Shown here: positions 11,220-16,278 of the stretch, in pieces | Numbering within the stretch: the stretch's first letter is position 1 | How the letters are laid out: each line of letters opens with the position of its first letter | DNA from: Bugula neritina | Taxonomy: Eukaryota; Animalia; Bryozoa | Assembly: GCA_964035545.1 (NCBI GenBank) | Contig: CAXIUT010000095.1 | Span: 1 to 16,278 of the forward strand | DNA: 16,278 nt | Direction: 5' to 3' | Notes under the pieces: generated by a model | The model's database searches: none | Told to the model about the DNA's origin: nothing | Seen by the model: only the letters and a program-made list of their open reading frames with translations | Program-made: the position numbers and the translations under genes

Positions 11220-11348
11220 TTTAAATTATAGCTAGTAATTAATTTGTTGACGATTTGAAGTTTAACTATTTTGAGTCAGATTATTATAATATTGAACTTT
11301 ATTTATAAATTAAATTATTGTCATTTACTTTATTTTGGTCAATGAAGT

Positions 11349-11415
11349 GGTTGGGGTTGGGGTTGGGGTTGGGGTTGGGGTTGGGGTTGGGGTTGGGGTT
11401 GGGGTTGGGGTTGGG
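11349..11415 (+). repeat. Internal telomeric tract, G-rich on + strand, 67 nt
   Basis: GG(TTGGGG)10TTGGG, 130 bp upstream of the MCMDC2-like start. Confidence 0.97.
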
Positions 11416-11568
11416 TAATTTTTTCGTCAAGTGAGAAAACAAAAGTAATTTTTGAATTATTCTGGGATAAGTAATAACTAATTCACTAAGAATCAATTTA
11501 ATTTTAATTTTTAAAATTACTCTTTATGACTTTACAATACTTTCTTGAATATTTTATTATTATAAATA

Positions 11569-14500
11569 ATGGGGTTGGGGTTGGGGTTGGGGTTGGGGTT
11601 GGGGTTGGGGTTGGGGTTGGGGTTGGGGTTGGGGTTGGGGTTGGGGTTGGGAGTTATTTACAAACGTTTCTAATAGTCGCGAGTTATAAACCGTAATCCT
11701 AAACACTAGTTACCTATCTAGGTAATAGCTCAATTGATATCATCACTTAAAGGGTGTCCTCCTTCTTATATTCAAAAATGTATATCTCAAGCATTAATAA
11801 AAGAAACAATTTCTTGGAATTAGTTTTTAACATTTTTAGATCAATAGAGTGAAGTCAGATAACAGATACTTGAATGGTTAATGTATGAAAAGACAGTTAT
11901 TAAATATAAAGAAGATAAATAATGGCCTTTGAGATCTAAAATTAATACCTTTTTTTAATAAATAACTTTTCTTAAATTTATATCATTAGGATAAAGCGAT
12001 AAACTTATTCTTTGCTGCATTGATAATGTTTAGTTCTTTTTACTAGAAGAAATTAACCATAAAATTACTATCATTGATAAGTATAAAAATAAATCAGAAA
12101 AAATAGCATAAGATAGACCTAAATTCATAGCATAAGATAGACCTAAATTCATAGAATAAGAAACTGGAAATAATAAATAAATGTCTAAAATACTCCTCAA
12201 AAATGATTCAAAAGTAAAAAAAAATAAAATCAATAGAAGTCTACATAGAACTTAAAAAAAAGAAATATAAAAAAATGTCAACCTAGTCATGAACTCATCT
12301 TCTAAAATGCCTTATATGACTAATTCAGTCAAATAAGATTAAGATTAATAAACCTACTTCAAAAAATAAAGAAAAAATATCAACTCTCTCTTCAATATTT
12401 GGAAAGATCTTGATTTTGATAATAGTGTATCATATGCAAAAGTAGTCGCTCCTAGAATTAGCGAAAGAGCCATCAATCAAGCACAGGTTTCTACACTAAA
12501 AGATCTATACAGTGGAATGGTCGAATAAAGACCTCATCACTAGAAGAAGCTGGGTGCTTCAAGTTATGGAGCAAAACCTCTAGACAAGGCTTATGGTCTA
12601 TTGAAGCAACTTCACCGTCAGAAACGTGTTCTAAGTTACAATCCATATGCAGCTGTTCGTAGTACAAATAATTCCTAGTACTAGATTCGTTTTAAGAAGC
12701 CGATCAAAGAGCGGAAAGAACGTGAATATACTCATGAGAACAATAAAGAAGTGTACAATAGTACGTTACGTTGTTTGGCAGTGATATATTTCAATATGTA
12801 GGTGGCCTTGATCAAAGTAGTAAAATAGTTTAACAAGGTAAGTTTGTAAGAGCAAGATAAAATAAGAATAATAACTGAAAACTAGCAGAAAAAGAACGAA
12901 ATAATCTAAGCTGTAGACTTTTACTATCACTCTATAGTAGGAAAATGGTTTTTGATAGTTCTTATTCGAGTCGAGTACAAAAACGAATTAAGAAATGAGA
13001 ACTAGTCGTATATTAGAGGGTATCAGATCAAGTTAGTGGATAACAAGAGACGTCAAGATCAAGATTACCGTTTTGTATCAAAAAAATAAGTATTTTCATT
13101 GAGTTTAAGCAACAAAGACAAAAAAGATGAATTAGTTCATCACGAAGTATTCAGAATGGAAATGCAAACTGAATACGGAATACATTTCATAACTGTTGGC
13201 GGAAAGTATCTTAGCATTCGATAAGATTACATTTAAAAACAAGGAATCAACTCATTGCTAAAATCAACTCAAACGACAACAAGTAAAAATAACTAGGATT
13301 TATATTTTACTTTTCATCATGAGGAAAAGTTTAAAAATTCAGGACTGAGTTTAAGTTGTTTATCTGTTGGAGTATAAATAAATAAAATAGTCTTTGGAAC
13401 CATTAGAGGAATCATGATTATCTACGACACCTTCAGCCACTTCTTCAAAATAAAAAAAGTAGCCAATTCACAGATAACCTAAATAAAAGTAGTAGGAACT
13501 TTAGCCTATGTTTTAACTCTTGATTAAAAGCTAATAGTAATCTAACTCATCAAATTGGACTAAGTACAACATCTAAACATTCGGAATTAAACCAAATTGC
13601 ACTAAAAAATAAAAAGCTTTTAGATATTTAAAAATTTAATATACTTCTATGGTACAGAAGTAAGATCATACTGTCAGTATATCAATGAATCACTCCAACA
13701 CTAAAAGAGAAAACTACAAACTATTTACAAATGGAGGTTGGACAAGTTATTGCATCAGTAAGACGTTTATTAGAAGGAATAAAAATAAAAACATAAAAAT
13801 ATTATCAAATATCTGCCAAAAAATGCTATATAGTCCAATATATCAAATATAGAAATGGTGCTAACTTCATAGTCATACTTTTTAGTTCTAACATAAGTAT
13901 TGTAGTTGATAGTAATCTCAAAAAACAACCTAAAAATAAAATTTACTATGATAGTACCCATTCCTCATGACAGTCAAGTCATGAAAATATCCCTATCACC
14001 CAATTAAAAACTACTAGCGCTGTTGTTATTCAACCAAAATATATATATATTCAATATTCATACTCAAGATCAATACCAGGTAATTAGACCTTCTCCTTAT
14101 CTTAAATTTACAGCTATTTCCTTTTTGGATACTAAAAATTAATATCTCCTTGCTTGTGGGACATAAAATGGTAAAATAATGTTGTCTCCTTATAGTACAA
14201 TTCCATAAAAACAACCTAAAATATTACAATCTCACAAAAAGACTATAACTTCTTTAGTTGTAGTTAAAAAATAGTATCTAGTCAGTTGTGGCTAAGATAT
14301 GCTCATCACCATCTGGCTACTTCCCTTCAATGTCCTCAAACATTAAATCAAACTCAACGCCAAAATAGGATACGTCCTAGAATAAATAAATTCATTCAAG
14401 TAATTTATATTCCTAAAAACTGTTTAATTAAATATCATCTAAATCAATGTCCATGAAGGTAAACTTATCAAATAAATCAAATAGGTCTAATCATGGATTT

Positions 14501-14754
14501 GTAGTAAAGTCGATCAATGTACTGGGGAGTTGATAGGTATCAAAAAAGGCAACATTCTTTAAAGAATGGTCAAAAGTAAAGATAGATGGGGAAAAACACT
14601 AGGTGTGAAGGTTTAAGTCAATAAAAGTGAGATCAGAGATTTAGGATTAATAGATAGCTAGAAAGTAGTAATATTTTTGGAGAATGGAACTGTAATAACA
14701 TGGCTATTCCATGGATAAAAATTTGGAAAAACCATCAACATTTGTCAATAATGA
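11569..14754 (+). CDS. Large WD40-repeat protein, about 1035 aa plus 26 telomere-encoded residues
   Basis: 1062 codons without an internal TGA, from ATG 11569 through the telomeric tract to TGA 14752-14754. WD40 blades include LLACGTENGKI and QSHKKTITSLVVVKKEYLVSCGEDMLITIW. N-terminal EF-hand-like ETISWNEFLTFL. The start is uncertain (next in-frame ATG is 11881). Confidence 0.8.
11571..11651 (+). repeat. Internal telomeric tract, G-rich on + strand, 81 nt
   Basis: GGG(GTTGGG)13, overlapping the ATG at 11569-11571. Confidence 0.97.
12103..12161 (+). repeat. 24-bp in-frame tandem duplication (IAEDRPKF x2 plus partial)
   Basis: ATAGCATAAGATAGACCTAAATTC twice, then ATAGAATAAGA. Confidence 0.9.
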
Positions 14755-14872
14755 TTTATCATATCTTTATCAATCATTATAGAACTAGGACTCATTAGTT
14801 ATATTTAAAGATAATATTCTTTTTATGTTAAATTAATACTGAAGTAAGAAATAGAATAGCCAAATGAATCAT

Positions 14873-15793
14873 TCAGGTTTCAATAATATGAGATAACTCC
14901 TGGTTGTGCTTTATTAATAAATTCCATGTTCCTGAATACTAATATGAAGTCTAAAATCCTTCATAGTACCACTTTCCTTTAATTTCTTAAGTCTTTACAG
15001 AAGTAGACTAATAGACAAGAGTATGCCAAGATCCTGTCTGACCTGCCCCAGCTGCATTATTATAATACTTCAACATCCAAAACAGCAAACCAGATTGAGT
15101 AATCAAAAATGCTCCTTTTCCTTTCCAACTCCCGAAATAGTCAGATCCTCTTATCTACAAATCACAATTCACAAAATTTACTTTTTTAACTACAAATGAT
15201 TCAACCTTGATATCTCGAGCTTCTTCTTTCTGTTTAAAAGTAAAAAAACTCTCTGAGGTCTGAACTCCCTTAAAAAGTTTTTCAAAAGCAGATAAATGCA
15301 ACGAGAATTATTATTCACACATCTAACTGCTCTATTTCTATGAAAAATTCTATCGATATTTATCAACTGCAGACCTTCTTATTTTACCTTCTGAAATAGA
15401 TTGCCTACACTTACTACAACAAAACATCACAAGACACACCAGACAAGCTATTCCAGCTATTCCTCCTATGATTGATATACCTATTATCCTATCCCTTCTG
15501 ACCTTTTATTGACATTAATGATCATCTTAAGCACATCCTCCACCTCCATTTCCCCCACTTCTATCACCATAGCCATATCGACCTCCATAGCCATAGCCAC
15601 CTCCATAACCCCCTCCATAACTACTTTCACCTCCATAGCTACTTCCACCTCCAGAACTACCTCCTCCTCCATAGCTACCACCACCTCCTCCTCCTCCTCC
15701 TCCTCCTCCTCCTCCTCCTCCTCCTCCTTGTCCTTGAGTGTAATTTACTACTAACACTAAGACCAATATCTTGAGAATGTTTGCAAGTTTCAT
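14873..15793 (-). CDS. Gly-rich type I membrane protein, 306 aa
   Basis: Signal peptide MKLANILKILVLVLVVNYTQG, then poly-Gly and SYGGG/YGYG region, TM helix IIGISIIGGIAGIACLVCLVMF, juxtamembrane CCSKC, and a beta-rich C-terminal domain. Track ORF 15527-15793 continues through TAA to TGA 14875-14873. Confidence 0.88.
15684..15728. repeat. (CCT)15 microsatellite encoding poly-Gly on the - strand
   Basis: Perfect trinucleotide run inside the Gly-rich CDS. Confidence 0.9.
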
Positions 15794-16016
15794 TTACAGT
15801 TACAATTTATAAGATAACGTTTGGGTATTTCTATTTATACACCTATTCCATGAGATTTAGTCTATATTTTTAGCAATTTTAGTCTATTTTTTAAATTACT
15901 TAAAATTCAAGATAAACCTTTATCATGTTTAAAAAAGTCCTTGACTGATCTTTCTCAATCTAAATAACCAATATTTATCATTTACTCATAGTTTGATTTT
16001 AACAATATCTATCACA

Positions 16017-16091
16017 GGGGTTGGGGTTGGGGTTGGGGTTGGGGTTGGGGTTGGGGTTGGGGTTGGGGTTGGGGTTGGGGTTGGGGTTGGG
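16017..16091 (+). repeat. Internal telomeric tract, G-rich on + strand, 75 nt
   Basis: GGG(GTTGGG)12, 94 bp inside the terminal telomere. Confidence 0.97.
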
Positions 16092-16185
16092 TCTTAAATC
16101 ATCATCTTAAATCACATCTAATAATTTTGAAATTATTGAATAATACTTTGATGATTATTTGGATGGTTCAATATTTTATATTTGA

Positions 16186-16278
16186 GGGGTTGGGGTTGGG
16201 GTTGGGGTTGGGGTTGGGGTTGGGGTTGGGGTTGGGGTTGGGGTTGGGGTTGGGGTTGGGGTTGGGGTTGGGGTTGGG
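16186..16278 (+). repeat. Right telomere, (TTGGGG)n
   Basis: Perfect array running to the window end, G-rich strand 3'. Confidence 0.97.

Noticed and set aside
11299-11496. ORF with PNPNPN repeat
   Set aside because: It is the translation of the telomeric tract on the C-rich strand, with AT-rich non-coding flanks.
11349-11651. Telomere-bearing transposon (TBE/Tel-1-like) or MITE
   Set aside because: The two tracts are direct rather than inverted. There are no terminal inverted repeats or transposase, and the three spacers share no evident similarity.
15155-15181. Possible 27-nt in-frame GT-AG intron in the Gly-rich gene
   Set aside because: The frame is intact without splicing and the encoded VNFVNCDLE fits the beta-strand pattern. 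It cannot be supported without RNA data.
1049-15793. The short ORFs of the supplied track as independent genes
   Set aside because: They assume TAA/TAG are stops. Five are in-frame fragments of longer genes (1049-1249, 4987-5193, 9345-9620, 10554-10754, 15527-15793). The rest are antisense, off-frame or repeat-derived shadows.
272-15793. Standard ciliate code (table 6, TAR=Gln), TAA=Lys, or pseudogenes
   Set aside because: These codes would give APQ or APK in the kinase and break acidic runs. Long intact frames ending in TGA argue against pseudogenes.

Overview
This AT-rich window is eukaryotic and looks like a complete telomere-to-telomere ciliate macronuclear minichromosome of about 16 kb, with (CCCCAA)n at the left end and (TTGGGG)n at the right. 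The supplied ORF track uses the wrong genetic code. With TAA/TAG read as sense and TGA as the only stop, the window resolves into nine tightly packed genes: a coiled-coil hypothetical protein, mitochondrial-type bL36, APC5, a low-complexity hypothetical protein, a CAMK-like kinase, a MIR-domain protein, an MCMDC2-like inactive MCM, a large WD40 protein, and a Gly-rich single-pass membrane protein. Conserved motifs (kinase APE, MIR E-V, EF-hand-like E-F) indicate TAA/TAG = Glu, as in the peritrich code (table 30), not the usual ciliate Gln. Three frame-restoring introns are each 20 nt. The most unusual structure is four internal telomeric tracts, arranged with the terminal telomeres as three closely spaced pairs. 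One tract lies in frame right after the WD40 start codon and encodes M-(GL)13-G. All translations were done by hand and no database searches were run.
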